Assembly (NCBI GenBank): GCA_965644265.1
Contig: OZ286472.1
Coordinates: 52,514,001-52,578,000, forward strand
Source: Glycera tridactyla
Taxonomy: Eukaryota
Direction of reading: 5' to 3'
DNA length: 64,000 nucleotides
In this document: positions 35,480-49,225 of the stretch, in pieces
Position numbering within the stretch: position 1 is the first letter of the stretch
Layout: every line of letters begins with the position of its first letter
Made by a program: the position numbers and the translations under genes
Notes under the pieces: model-generated
Told to the model about the DNA's origin: nothing
The model's input: the letters and a program-made list of their open reading frames with translations, nothing else
The model's database searches: none

Positions 35480-37200
35480 TGCGAGAGTACGTGTTTCAAT
35501 GTTACTTTCTTAATTGACAGTATTTCTTTTCACTATGCCACGTAGGCGGAAGACAACACCTAAACTGCCGTTTGTTCCGGTACCTTCTTGTTAAGGCATA
35601 AAGCCTAAAGTAGTGATATTGGGTCATTCCTTTACAAGGAGAGTAAGGGATCATTTGAAGAAGCAAATAATAGAAAAAAGGTTTCCGGCCTCTCATAAAC
35701 GATGCCACAAGGAAAGAAGGGAGCATAATGCCTGAACTATTGCACCTGGATGACAGGTATTGTGAGACAGTATTCTGGTCCTGTAATTTTCTGCTCAAAT
35801 ATAGTGACAGTGAGGACATGGGGATGAAATGCTTGCCTCAGCGGCTTTCGAACCACCCATTGTTCTCTTTAATTAAGGTTTGGATGATTTAATGAGAACA
35901 GGCAATAAACTAGTAGATGTTGCTCAATATCTTTTTGATTCAGGCACCATCTTGAGAACAGAACATGGAGTGAAAACTGTGGGGTTTTATCAGTTCTAAA
36001 CAGAACTTCAGGTCCGCATGACTCTGCATACAGGACAGCCCAAATTAATGCTAAGATGCAGAATCTGTGTGGTAATTCATTTACGTCCGTATTCTTCAGA
36101 ATACGAGGATTCCGTTAAAATCAGCATGGTTTCAAATTGAGAGTCAGTGATTGGTCACAAGATGCCATACACCCCACGCCAGGGTCACGATTCATCAAGT
36201 TCCTATATGAAATGCGTGGAGCTTTGGTTGCGTTGCTTCCCAATTTATGCCAAATATGGGTAGCAAGTATAGGTTACGTCACAGGCTAGATCCATGCCAA
36301 AACTGTTCTATTCCGCTATGTGGTCCATTTATTTAGGCAAAGTGGCCGTGCGCAACCACATAGCGGTTCCGGAAGGGGGCAGAGAGGATAATTTGATGTT
36401 TGTTCTGCCATTACATGAATTTTGTTTTTATCTGTTATCAATAGTTTGTATATTACACCATGCCTCCTAAGAGGAAATCTGGTGACCCTGGTAATCAAGG
36501 GGGTACGAGTAAGAAGCTTCCGAGGGATGCCGGAATGCAAGATCCCGATATGAATTCTGCATCACAAGATGATTATGACAATTGGCCTAGTGTTAGTCAA
36601 TATATGCCAAGTACCACGAAAAAGTCCACATTTGATCATTCACAATTTTGTCAATCGCTGTGGACAAATGACATCGCAACCGATTGTTCCATCGCTGTAT
36701 TCTCAACTTTCTGATGATCAACTGGCTCAGATGGGTTTACCGTCACACCTTGTCAGATTGAAGAAACATGCTGCAAATGCAATTTCAGCAAGACAGTCTG
36801 TCTCATTTGCTGGAACAGCTTTTGTTCAATCCAGTATCTTCCAGTATCTTCAGCTAACAAAATGCCTTTTCCAATGAGTTTACCAGATACGACAAGGACT
36901 CACTCCATGCCTTCTTCTACAGCAACGTCAGCGCATCAGGATCGGGAGCAAAAAATCAGGGGCCATCTACGAGTGAAGTCGGGGATTTGATTTCATCGGC
37001 TTTGGGTTAAGTAATGAACCAAATGCTGGATACCATGAAAGACATGTTTACGGCTTTTTCAGATATGAAAAGGACTATGTCTGATTACATGGATACTAAT
37101 AAGCACCCAACAATGTCATCTCAAAATCGGTCAGGTGATGTTGGAGTAGACAGCACCCGCTTTTTCGGTCTGGGAGAAATTAGCCGAAAAGCAATCTAAA
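35480..37200 (+). mobile_element. Divergent Ngaro copy N8: SGNH pseudogene then gag N-terminus
   Basis: Donor-like GTACGT 35487; ATG 35535 ...KPKVVILGHSF...WSQDAIHP (~36170); gag from 36460 with LVRLKKHAANA. Confidence 0.7.
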
Positions 37201-37249
37201 AGCAACAATCCGCCTCCTGGTCAGCCACAAATCACGTCGTATGCCACCA

Positions 37250-38190
37250 GGATTACTGACGTCGCGCTATTGGATACGGAAAAAAACTAAAAATGATGAC
37301 AGCAGAAAAGAAATTTCAACCCGCTGCCGAGAGTCCAGGTTCGAATAGTAAACATGCCAGTAACGCAGACGACTCTTAACGAGGGCGTCACAAATCTCCG
37401 CTAGCAACCTCGGATGATACCAAGGAAGCCCATGACGATGAATCTGAAGATGAAGACGATGATGGAGAGGACTCTGACGGCACAAATCAAGTAGGTGACG
37501 GGGCTGAGTTGCCGGGTAGCCCAGGCAGTGTCGCTGTACAACCGGGGCAACAGCCGCTCATGGAAACCCCGAGCTCGGCTCCACTGTCTACTGAGACCGC
37601 TAGCAGTGTCACTCTACAACCGGGGCAACAGCTGCTCGTTGAAACCCCGAGCTCGGCTCCATTGTCTACTGAGACCGCTGGAGAAAATAACGACCATGGG
37701 ATCGATCTAGGCTTCCCCACCTTAGTGTCACCTACTGATGACCTCCTCTAACTCGCTACCTCAGCCCGGATAAGAATCTCGATGAACTGAAAAGTGAGGT
37801 ATAAGCTTAAAGCTGAACTAAAAGCAGAACTTCTTGATGGATGCCATGAAAAATCTTTCACAAACTGTATTGACGACATTATCCTGCTGATAAACAAGCT
37901 TGAGACTAGAATATCAGCCGCTGCCAATGATATTTCAGCACTAAATGGTGCTTCGAAAAATAATGATGTCAGTGCTATTCATGTTGACCCCCCTAGTGAT
38001 GAGACAAGCACCACTCCAAACGATATAGCGTCTTTGAAGTTAGCCTTAGAGAAAGCCATTTCACGCATTGAAAATCTAGAGTTAAGTAACAAGAGTAGAT
38101 GTGTTGCTTGTCGATGGAATCACGGCTGATGCAAACCGCCCACTTACTGATGTTGTGCTTTCACAGTTAAATTCACACCCTTAACAGGCA
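37250..38190 (+). pseudogene. Probable LINE ORF1-like fragment (coiled coil) with a 78-bp coding tandem repeat
   Basis: 26-aa repeat at 37537/37615; LKLALEKAISRIENLELSNK resembles the ORF1 coiled-coil end. Confidence 0.4.
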
Positions 38191-39330
38191 ATAGCAACCA
38201 TTGCATTCAAATTTCCGATCTGGAACATACAGGACCATCATGGGATATACTAGCCTACAAGCTCACTATCAGATCGCACAAATTTTTCATCCGGTTCTCG
38301 CAGTTTTATATTGGAAAGACGCCAAAATGATTTGCTTTGCCCTGTTGAATGTATGCATGTATATTTATATCAAAGGAGTCGTGTTTCAGGTCCTGTGGTT
38401 CTACGCAATGGCCTGGGTATTTCCGATAACTTCGTCAATCGATGGCTTAATATTGTTGGCGAGCTTGTACTCGGAAAGAAGCATGGTCTCTCCAGTCACA
38501 GTTTTCGTATAGGTAGGTGACTGGGCCAAAATAGGGCTTTTCGACGAACAAATTCGTCTTAAAGGGAGATGGGAATCTGCTGCATTCAGAAGTTATGTCC
38601 GTCCGTCGTCTGTCCTGTTGCAGTTGGCCGGCTGATTTCCGGGGCAACCGGCCTTGGTCCTTGGAGCTTCATTAGTGCCTCATTTTTCACTACACTACAC
38701 TCCCTTCGGAATTTAATTTTGGATCCTTTGGCAAGTCCTTCGGTGATACCTACCTGCTCTCCTGATTAATCTGGACACCAATGCTTCTCTCATATTTTCT
38801 ATGTAAACCAGCATTGCTGTGTAATGAATTGTGTTTATGAAGATTTTTGTCATTACTGCATCATGTGCTGCACCTGGGCTCATAGTTAGGGACTCATGCA
38901 GTAGCATTAGATTACATGCACAGTGTTAGCCAGTTTCACGTTTTAGCCAACTAGAGTTATCTCACCTGTGTGAGTTTCCAGTAGGCTAATTAGTTAGCAT
39001 AGTTCCAATGGGTGCCGGGGCATCCAATTGGTTTTGACCAGAAATGGTCTAGTTCCCACTGTGCCTCCAGGCACTTTAGTTTCCTTGTGTTAAGCGGTCC
39101 CAGGACCAGGGTGCTGCCTAGAGGCACAGCGGTGCACGTTTTGAAATATCGACAAACATAACACTAAGGCTTTTCTTGTGTCAGTGTTCTTTTTGTTACA
39201 AAATAAAACATTAATTGAACTTGGAATATCGAGCAACAAGAATCGTGCGGCAACACCAATCATGATATGAAATCCAATATGACCGGAACCAGTATTTTAC
39301 CATGGAGTGTTCAGGGTTTATGAGAGAGTG
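38190..39330 (+). mobile_element. Ngaro 3' fragment (YR C-terminus and 3' UTR)
   Basis: LCPVEC...HGLSSHSFRIGR...GRWES.AFRSYVR; post-stop hairpin 38626-38653; long hairpin 39061-39127; acataacacta motif shared with N4. Confidence 0.8.
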
Positions 39331-39367
39331 GCCACACTACATACACTTCTATAGAGTCAGTTCAAAA

Positions 39368-40611
39368 ATGAACAATAACATGGCACCATTACCTTACAAC
39401 TACGCTTCGTACTCCCCACCCAACTACCCTCATTCCCCCTCTCAACCGCCGCCTCACTGGAATATCGGACATCAGCAGACCTCGGCAGGAGTATCTGTCT
39501 TTAACCGTTTCGATCCTATCGCGCCGTGGAATACCAATTGACTGAACTTTGCCTTGAACAACAACTATGGCTGTGAATATAATTCCCATATACCAGAATG
39601 TGTACAATCCGAGATTTTCTAACCTTTAATTGTGACCAATGACAACCTGATCGAAGCCCGGAGCGTACTCAATCCGCCGACATACCAGGACAAATGCTAC
39701 GCAACTGCGTACTGGCTGCATCTGTACGGTCCGCCGAAGCTTGGGTTCGTTGGAGCTAGCCATATTCACCACTTTACGCAATTTCAAAATGCACCAAATG
39801 CTGCTCAATCATTGCAAATGGTCTTCGGTGAGTCAAAGTTCGTGACACAAGGTGGACCCAAGTGGTCGACCACAATGGATAAACTAAATGGTATTTTCGA
39901 CACCAAGGAAGAGTACGGACGTTTTGGAAATTCGTGGGGTAGGTTTTATGCTGGGTCAATGAGTACAAACCACACTCCTGAATACGCGATAATTGGCCTT
40001 GGATCCAATGACATGGATAACTTTGATGCGACCGTTAGAAGCCTCGCTGAACATGATAGCCCTCTCGGCCTAGCAACAAGGCGGGAAATTCATCTGAATA
40101 CCTGGTTTAATCAATTATCTGCTCTGGTTAGGAATGTGATCACTGGAATCAAAAGCTCATGCACCCGGCTGTCCCCTAGCCTATATCCCCATTATCACCC
40201 GCTTTTGGTGGGAACCAGAAACTTTTCAGTTGTGTAGATATATGAATTATTTTATCACTTCCACACCTGGCAAAAATGGCGGCATCAGAGTGAAAGCAAT
40301 TGATACACGCAGTATGTACATCAAGTCTGATGAAAATCATGACGTCATTAACCCTGCTTTCTTACAGGAGGATAATCTGCACCTAAATTGGTTGGGGGTA
40401 TGTGGCACTTGCCCGCTGTATTGGCATACCTATGCAACAGTATACTGTAGGGTGCCAGTCTAAAGATCGCGAACGGCACCAGAGCGCGGGTGACTTCCGG
40501 CGTGGGACCCCAGCGCCAGAGTTTAGTTTGACAGCCACTGGTAAGGACATGTTTTCCCCTGCTCTGCATTCTATTGCTCTCACTTTGACTCGTATTATTG
40601 ATTATTGCTGA
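39368..40611 (+). pseudogene. Second, unrelated SGNH hydrolase ORF with Pro-rich N-terminus (stops and frameshifts)
   Basis: NRFDPI; GFVGASH (block I), QGG (block II), IGLGSND (block III), EDNLHLN (block V). Confidence 0.65.
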
Positions 40612-41109
40612 CATGTTTATGTACTTTTCATGTCTCATAATGTATCTGCTGACTGGCATTGGTGTTTACAACATTGGTGTCAGAAGTATTCTGGAACCTG
40701 GAATATTTGTATAATGTAACTTGTTTTGACAGCCACTCTGACATTTCTGTCATGTCATGTTGGTTGAACTTTGCATTTGGAACTGAACTGTAACTTGAAT
40801 TTCCCAACTAAGCAAGAAGCAACAACAACAATGAGAATATTTTGTAACTAATAACCCATGTATATTTCACAAACAAGTGTGCTTGCATGTGTTTGTGACT
40901 TTTCGAATAGTTTTGTGATATTCAAAATTCATTTAATCTGTGGACTTTGTCTGACATTTGAAACAAAGGACTTCTGTATCTGTAACATCAGTGCTGTGTC
41001 ATGGCAGATTCTTAGGGTGGGTGTTCATGCGCTGGCACTGCATGCATCAAATCTACAGTCAGCATTAGTGCTAAATGACCTCAGATTGATGTTCTTGCAT
41101 TGATTTGTG

Positions 41110-41706
41110 TCAGAAAGCCATTGCAGAGAAAGCATCCATTTGCTCCACCTCTCCCCCAGGCGGGAGTAGAGTATATCTATTGAGAGCAATTGGTATACGC
41201 CTAGAGCCTGGTTTAACATTGCCAATGGGTGTCATTGTTGGTTTTGGCTCCTGACTTTGACCTTTAACCAATTTCTTGTGTGGGTTAGTCGAATCTGGTC
41301 TGCTTGATGTTTTTGCAGCATATGTCATCTTTTCATCTTGTTTATCAGTACTGTTTTCTTCAGTCTTATCTGATGTCCCCATCATTGCCATTTGATCTTG
41401 TGATAGTTTGAGTTGTTCTGCAATGGTATTCAATTGCTTGCGTAGTACTTGGCATGTTTGACATTCTTGTTGATTTTGGCCTCGTTTAGCTGCATTTGCA
41501 TATGGACCTGTAGATGGTATTCTGGGTTGTTGTAAATCCACTAGTCGCCTTGCTTCTTTAAATGATTTGCCCCCCCCCCCCACCTTCGTCTTTTGTATCT
41601 GATATTCTCTCTGCCATACAGGACATCTTCTATCGCGGGTTAGATGTTCATCACCGCAGTTGGCACAACATACATTATTTTGACAAGCTCCTTCTTCATG
41701 ATTCAA
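41110..41706 (-). mobile_element. I/Nimb/Jockey-type LINE ORF1 fragment (gag-like zinc knuckle)
   Basis: CANCGDEHLTRDRRCPVWQRE...SFKEARR...NRYTLL. Confidence 0.75.
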
Positions 41707-41707
41707 A

Positions 41708-42830
41708 GTGAACGTGGAGCTAAAAGTGAAGATTTGGTTGGATCAGTCCCTCAATCTAGCTGAACTTGATTTCCCGGAAAGAATAATGTCTAATAATTTC
41801 ATTGCGAATGGAAAATCAGGGAAATTTGTTCCAGAGAAAATGAAAAGGTTTATCAACAACATCAATGAATGGGATGAGGCCTTTACAATTTTTCTCATCA
41901 GTATATGCCATGCACCCTTTGACCCTTTGGAATTGATAGTCAGAAATAATAGATTTGTATATTTATAGTGCAGAAATCAAAGAAATAGAAGCTCAAGGAG
42001 ATGATCATGAGTATCACGACGAACAATTTTGTTTAGAGAGGTCGTTCATGGAACATCCATACCCGTGGAATACACTACACGTACAATTACATAATCGATC
42101 AGGCATGTATCCCAATGGGCCGTCTGGGTCTAATAACAATGGAAATGACAACAAATCGCCAAATAACCAGCAAGGCACGCCAAGGGGCTTTTGTTTCGCC
42201 TCTCAAAACACCGGGCAGATGGCGCCTGGTGAACGATTGTGCATACAAACATCTGTGTCCGTCATGTAATGGACGGCACCCTTTGTTCTTGTGTTCCAGG
42301 AATATGGGCAATCCAATTTTAAAGAATCCCAGGCTACAAAGGTTCACCCTCTGGTGAGACCAGGGAAACTTGAAATTATGATTTGGATGAGAAATAGTAT
42401 GATAATCGTCCTAAGGTTTAGATACGGATTTGACATTAGTTTCGAAGGTATATCTCCATCATAACGAGCAAGAAATTCAGATTCAGTCAAAAGATTTCCA
42501 TTAGCAACTGAGAAATTGATCCACAATTAAGTAGTGTTAGGTCGTAGGATTGGTCCTTTCAGTGATCCTCCCTATGAAATTATTCTATGAAATTATTGCA
42601 GTAATTCCGAAAAAAAGATCCAGGTGTTCATCGTATGATACATAATCTCTCAGCCCCCTATGATAAAAACTCTATAAACTGGCACACTCGAGATTCAGAG
42701 GCTACGGTCACTTTCGTCACGGCTCAAAAAGTCTTCGATATCGTTATAGAATTAGGTACTCAAGCTTACCTGGCAAAGGCTGACAAAGTCCACTTTTAGG
42801 ATTGTCCCTTTCACCCTTTCAAGCCATGAT
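41708..42830 (+). mobile_element. Ngaro fragment (gag C-half, RT N-terminus)
   Basis: KIWLDQSLNLAEL, INEWDEAF, CAYKHLCPSCNGRH, GRRIGPF, HRMIHNLSAP. Confidence 0.8.
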
Positions 42831-43399
42831 GGTAACTTTGGAGCTCTGCACTCGCAGATGGCAGATCCTTCCCCATCATCCACTTTTCACGTGCACCTAT
42901 TTGAGCATCTGTCTAGGAGGTGACGACAAAAACGAGTCTGGACAGGGGGCAAGGACGGAAGTGATGCTGTAGCGCACGTAATCTCTTTGTGCCAGTCTGG
43001 GAGAAAGCGTCACCGGCAACGGACCCACTTCTGGACTGAGTCAGCATCGCATACATGGTGAGTGCATATGATGGATGGGGAGATAACATTCGGTGGAAGC
43101 GGTGGTTGCTTCCTGTAGATGACAGGAGAACCCGATGAAGGAATTATATGTCTGCAGAAGGCAAAGTTGGGCTGTGTGACAGTTGGTTAGCTGTGATTGA
43201 TGTGTTGACATGACTCAGTTGTTGCTCCATGGGACAGGTATGTTGATAATGTTCATGAAATAGTGATTGATGAATGAATAGTTTTTTTGCTGATGATTTC
43301 TGTTACTTGTCAACTTTGTATGTTTATAAGGTACAGTTTGCAAATAGTCCACCTGTATTGTGATCTATGTCAGCAAGTTGTGCATGATTTGAACAGCAA

Positions 43400-46300
43400 C
43401 GTTAACTGGTGGTAGCATGTGGCTATAACAGGGTTGCTCTAATACTAAAATATTTGTTTCTGGTCACTTTGGATTCGATTCGAGACAAAATGGAAGACAC
43501 TTTATCGAAATTGGGGAGTGTCCCAAAGACTTTTGAGGGCAATCAGGGGGATGATTTCCTCACATGGGTTGAAAGGTTTGGGCTATGGTCATTGCTATCA
43601 GATATGGATGATGCCCGGTGGCTCAAAATGTTCCCAACATTGCCTTGTATACATCTGGATTTGCCTTGTATACATCTATCAAAATTCCTGCCTAAGCCAA
43701 GAAATCTCCATATGATTTCATCAAATCACAGTTCATCGAGGCCTTTCAATCGGATGCATTAATCGATACTTTTCGAGCACAACTGTAGAAAAGAAAACAG
43801 AAGGATGGGGAAAACCTTGAAATCTTTGCTGACGAACTGAAAAGGGTGGTGGAAAGAGCATACTCAAAATACAATGCAGAGGCGAAGGCAGATCTTGTTA
43901 TGACACATTTTTTGATGGTCTATCATTTGGGCGCAAGATAAGAGTGAAGGAACAAAAGACAATAGATGAGGCCATTCGTAAAGCAGTGAAAAATGAACTG
44001 TTACATGACGAAATCCCAACAGTAAATGCAGTGTCTGGAGAACAAACCACAGGATTGTCGAATCAGGTGGATTGGAGGTATGAAAAACTGGTGAAGGAGA
44101 TAGCTGAACTCCGTTCCATTGTTCAACAGGTGTTGGCTATTCAAACAAGGACACAGTCACAAGAGGTGACAAAAAGAGCATGTTCGTATGTGGTCAGATT
44201 GGCCATTTTACTAGGCAATGTCCCTATAATAACCAAGTACGGGGACAAGGTCATGGTCGAGGACGCGGCCCTGGCTGTGGTAGAGGGCAGGCATCTGGAA
44301 CAAGTGAATATGGCCGTAACTCATGCTACAACTGTAGAGGTAGGGGCAATTATAGTTGCGATTGTCCATTGGATCCTGTAAACTAGAGGAGGCCGGTGTT
44401 TGCACAGTAGCACCGGCTGGGATGAAGGATTCTGAGATGACACCCGTGGTAGAGATAGACATTGAAGAGGTAACAGTGAAGGCATTGGTGGACACCGGTT
44501 GAGCTATCATGGTTATGGGGGAACACTTCATGACGTCCCACCGTATACTGAAATCTTGTGCGCTAGATTCTGTGGGTTCATTATTGGCAACCTCTGTAAA
44601 TGGAGATCCTCTGGATTTGCTGGGTATGGTGAGTTCTGAAATCAGGATGGGTGGCATGGAGACCAGCCATCAGTTCTATGTCTCTCACAATGTAGCTTAT
44701 CCGCTGCTACCTGGTTGGGATTTCGTGAGGAGTACAGGGATGATGGTGAGTGCGAAGGATGGTGTGCTTCAGATGGGCGAAACCGACCATTTCATTTCTT
44801 AGAAAATTGCAAGTGTACCCCGAAAATGTTTGGCTGGAGTGAAAACCACGTTGGATGTGCCAACACAATGGGTCAGAGCTCTACCTGTTAGGTTGATTCC
44901 AGCGAATACTGAAATCTTGTGCGCTAGATTCTGTGGGACCATTATTGGCAACCTCTGTAAATGGAGATCCTCTGGATTTGCTGGGTATGGTTAGTTCTGA
45001 ACTCAGGGTTGGTGGCCTGGAGACCAGCCATCAGTTCTATGTCTCTCACAATGTAACTTATCCGCTGCTACCTGGTTGGGATTTCGTGAGGAGTACAGGG
45101 ATGATGGTGAGTGCGAAGGATGGTGTGCTCCAGGTGGGCGAAACCCACCATTCCATTTCTTAGAAAATCGCAAGTGTACCCCGAACATGTTTGGCTGGAG
45201 TGAAAACCACGTTGGATGTGCCACCGCAGTGGGTCAGAGCTTTACCTGTTAGGTTGATTCCAGGCAATGCTACGAATGTTATACCAGATGAATTCACTGA
45301 AATTTCGGAGGCAAATTGTGAAGTGGACTCTGGTGATGGATTGTTATTTGCCTGTACCGTCGCTTCAGTGAATGATGGAACCACCATAGCGCAGCACTGA
45401 AGTTACAGAAAGATGTCATAATAGGAGAGTTTCAGTTGAGAGAACAGTGTCCCATGTCTGTGCTTATGAGATCCTGGATGTATCACATTGGCGGATGCAG
45501 ATGGCATCTGTAGATGTGGGAAAGCAGCAGATGCAGGTGACATCCAAAAAGATCACCATGAAGAGTATTCTAGTAGAGACACCCAAATCAGTCAGACTGA
45601 CCGAGAGAGAAAGTTCTCAGCCATGCAGCTATTCTTTGAATACACATCTTTAGTTCAGGGCCTCATTTCATTCGAGGGAGGCAGTCGAGGCACCAAATAC
45701 ATGTTGGAAGATGGCATCATAGAGCACAAAACAAGTCCCTGGTCATCACTTATTGTGTTGGTAAAGAAGAAAGACGGGACATTGCGGTATTGTGTAGATT
45801 ACCGAAAATTGAATGCCTGCACAGTGAAGGATGCACACCCGTTACCTCGTATTGATGACTGCCTGAATATTCAAGGTGGTGCTCATGTATATTCTACCCT
45901 AGACCTGGCTTCTAATTATTGGCAGGTGGAGGTCAATGCTGCAGACAAGGAGAAGACAGATGGTCTATCAATTCAAGGTCACGCCTTTTAGATTGACCAA
46001 CGCACCGGCAACATTCTAGAGGCTCATGCAGTTGGTCCTGCCAGATATCAGCTGGAAGCAGTGCTTGGTCTACCTGGTGGATGTGATTATGTTTAGTACA
46101 TTGGTAGAGGAATACTTGGCCTTGTTAGGGGAACTATTCGAATGCTTGCGACAACATGAGCTGAAACTGAAACCAGAAAAGTGCCACTTCAATCAGGCAG
46201 TGTCTACTTGGGACATAAATTTTCTGCAGGAGGTGTTGAACCACCCAGTGTATATAACTTCACGGTGCGGCACAGGAGAAGTAAGGACCATGGGAATCCA

Positions 46301-47110
46301 GACTTCATGTCCAGATCGACAGGAGGATCATGTCTGGACGAAAGAGCGTCAGCATTCATTTGAAAGATTGCGGGAAGCATTGGTATCTCCTCTGGTGCTC
46401 ATGTACCCAGATGTTTGAAAACCCTTCATTCTCCATACTGATGCTTCTGGCGAGGTGAGGGCAGTATTGGTCTAAAATATGTCTGAGGGACACGAAGGGG
46501 TCATGTCATATGGCAGTGAGCTACTGACAGAAACAGAGGTGAAATGGGCAGTATATGACAAGGAGCTGTGGGCCATTCTGTGGGCAGTCCGGCATTTCAT
46601 GCCATATTTATGTGACTTCCCATTTGAAGTTGTGACCGACCATAAACCATCGGTGGGTTTGAAGAACTTGCGTGGTGCCAGTAATTCAACAGGCAAAAGA
46701 GAACGGTGAGCGATTGAGCTCAGTGTATATAACTTCACGGTGCGGCACAGGAGAAGTAAGGACCATGGGAATCCAGACTTCATGTCCAGATCGACAGGAG
46801 GATCATGTAAAAATGTGGCATATATTGCTGAAGCAATGCCATACAACGAAATACTGAAGTTGCGGGATGATTCGATGAAGGCAGCTCTTCAGGCAGCAGC
46901 TGTCATTGTTGGAGCATACAAGCAGGATGAAGTGAATTCAGTACTGAAGCAGTCATGGAGAAGGGCTGGGCAAGTGGCCCACCCACAAAACCGGGTGCCC
47001 GAGAATGGAGTTGCAGAGGGCAGCAATTCTTATTCCAAGCGGTTTGGTATATGTACATATCAGTACGTAATAGAACAACTGTGAAATTGATTGCATAGAG
47101 AGAAAACAAA
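43400..47110 (+). mobile_element. Degraded Gypsy (Metaviridae) LTR retrotransposon internal region
   Basis: PBS-like tggtggtagc 43407; gag; two CCHC knuckles (44180-44380); protease ALVDTG; RT SPWSS...KKKDGTLRYCVDYRKLN...PLPRIDD; RH HTDAS, DKELWAI, VTDHKP. No integrase core seen. Confidence 0.88.
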
Positions 47111-47329
47111 TGAGTTGGATTACTTGTAGTATTCGCCTTGCAATTTCAATGACCTGTGGGAGTTATCCTCTGATTTTTGAGAACGTATTCATCTTTAGTC
47201 GGCACTCAAACCCGGAGAATGTAGGCCCCCCTACGTGGTGTAGAGTATTTTGAATAAATATGCTTTTATCTGTTATCTGTTATCTATCCTTTCATAGACT
47301 AATCGCATGCAAATATTCCCGATTTGAGT

Positions 47330-47990
47330 TGTTGCCAAGAGGGAACTGAGCTCATTCAGGCTCATCCAGGCTCATCCACAATTTGTCGGCTCCTTATAAT
47401 GAAATGTCGATCAACTTACACGTTCCCATTTCAGAGGCAACAGTTCAGTGTGTTTTGGTTCAATCGATTATTGATTTTGTGGTGGATATTGGGAAGTCGG
47501 CTTACTTATGTAAGTCAGATATAAAATCCGCACTCAGAATTGTGCCTATTTCACCGTCCTGATTTCATTGTGAATGGCCATGGGAGCTAGATCGTCATGC
47601 AAAATCTTTGAACAATTTTCATGTGTGATTACATGGATTAGCAATCATAAATTGGGTATCACAGAAATGTCACACATGATAGACGACATTCGTATGGTCA
47701 TGGATGGAGACGAGCAGTGTAATCACCAGTTAGCCACTTTTCAAAAGTTTTGTGCAGAAGTAGGTATCCAGCTCTGTCCTAAAAAGACAAAGCTTCCGTG
47801 TCAAACTTTGTCACTTTTAGGCACTGAAATTGATATGTATGTTGCTTGGTTGCACCAGCAGGGTTTGAAATCCTCCTCTATAAAATCACGTCTTTCAGCG
47901 ATATCTTATGGCTTGGAATATTTGGACATGCCAGATTAGTGTAAACATTATGTAATTTCACGTATGATAATGGATAGTGAATATATCTTG
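47330..47990 (+). mobile_element. Ngaro fragment (RT pieces joined to YR N-terminus)
   Basis: MAMGARSSCKIFE, HMIDD, YVAWLHQQGLKSSSIKSRLSAIS. Confidence 0.8.
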
Positions 47991-48029
47991 TTTCAGAGTT
48001 TGTGTGCTTGCGCTAGAGGAATATCTAGA

Positions 48030-48830
48030 GAATCAACTTTCATTAAATAAAAATGACAACAAAAAATATTTTGCCAATATTGGAAGAACGCCGGACATTG
48101 TTGGTGAACCATTAACAAACTTTCCATTTCATTTGGAGGACACATTCTCGTTTAGACCTGTTACCTGTATGGAAACTCTTGACGTTATTGCAAAACTGTC
48201 TGTTAACAAGTCTGGTAGGGAAGATGGTGTTCCAAACAGGGATCTCGTTGAATGTAGAAATGCTATTTCTCCTATATTATGTGATGTTTTAACAAGATCA
48301 TTGATTGTGGTAAATTTCCAAGAATATAGAAAGCAATGTTGTATCGTACATTGGTGCTTTCAATTCTCGACTATGGTGATGTAGTCTTCAATTGCTTGTA
48401 GTAGAGGGATTCTAGCACGCTCCAAAAAGTCCAGAATATCGCTATACGATATATTCCGAGGCGACCAAGATGGTACAACATTGAACAATTGCATAGGGAA
48501 CTTCCTTTATTACTACTCGAGAACAGACGTGATGGACATGAATTGGTTCATGTAAATAACATATTAGCTGACCACTTTACAAGTAAACCTTCATGTAAAT
48601 TGGTCTGTAGCTCACACTCGCATGCAACAAGGTCCAAGGAATGACCTATGCTGAAAGTTGATCACATGAAATACTCCTTGTGTGCCAAGAATTTCAGGTA
48701 ACGTGCACCCAAAAAGTGGAATACCTATATTCGAGAACATCCTGATGTTGATACCCGACAGTTTTTAAAAAGAATATCAAAGAGTTACGGCAGTTGTAAT
48801 AAAATAATATTTATGCCTTATTGATGACAT
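48030..48830 (+). mobile_element. L2/CR1-type LINE fragments (pre-RT linker and C-terminus)
   Basis: YFANIG, FSFRPVT, KSGREDGV, ISPILC; later fdyg.vv/QNIAIR-like C-terminal region. Confidence 0.6.
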
Positions 48831-49225
48831 GGCCATTTCATTTTCATTCTCCTGTCATCTTACCAGTACCATCTTGTATCTCATCTCACTCATCCATTTG
48901 TATATATTCACTTATTGTATTTGAGTATATGAGAATCTCACATATCGTCATCCCGAAGATGAACATGTTTGTATGCTTAATTGTATCATGACGATTCCAA
49001 ATAGAAGTTTTTCGATTCAATTCAATTCAATCAATATAGACCAGTTATGCCAAACATACAAGTCATTAAGAGACGTAGCACAGGAATTCCCATGGGTGTT
49101 GATTGATTTTTGTTTAACGTCCTTTCAACACCAAATGGGTCATATCGGACTTCCCATGGGTGTAACAGGAGGACAAAACCTGAGGTGCGTTTTGGCTGCC
49201 GGTCATCCTGCTGGCTTTGAAGCAC

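Noticed and set aside
42960-43400. Gypsy 5' LTR
   Set aside because: Plausible from its position before the PBS-like site, but no matching 3' LTR or TG...CA ends could be confirmed.
47980-47996. atatcttgtttcag as another copy of the upstream acceptor-like motif
   Set aside because: It lies within degraded YR-coding sequence with no TATA downstream; likely coincidental.
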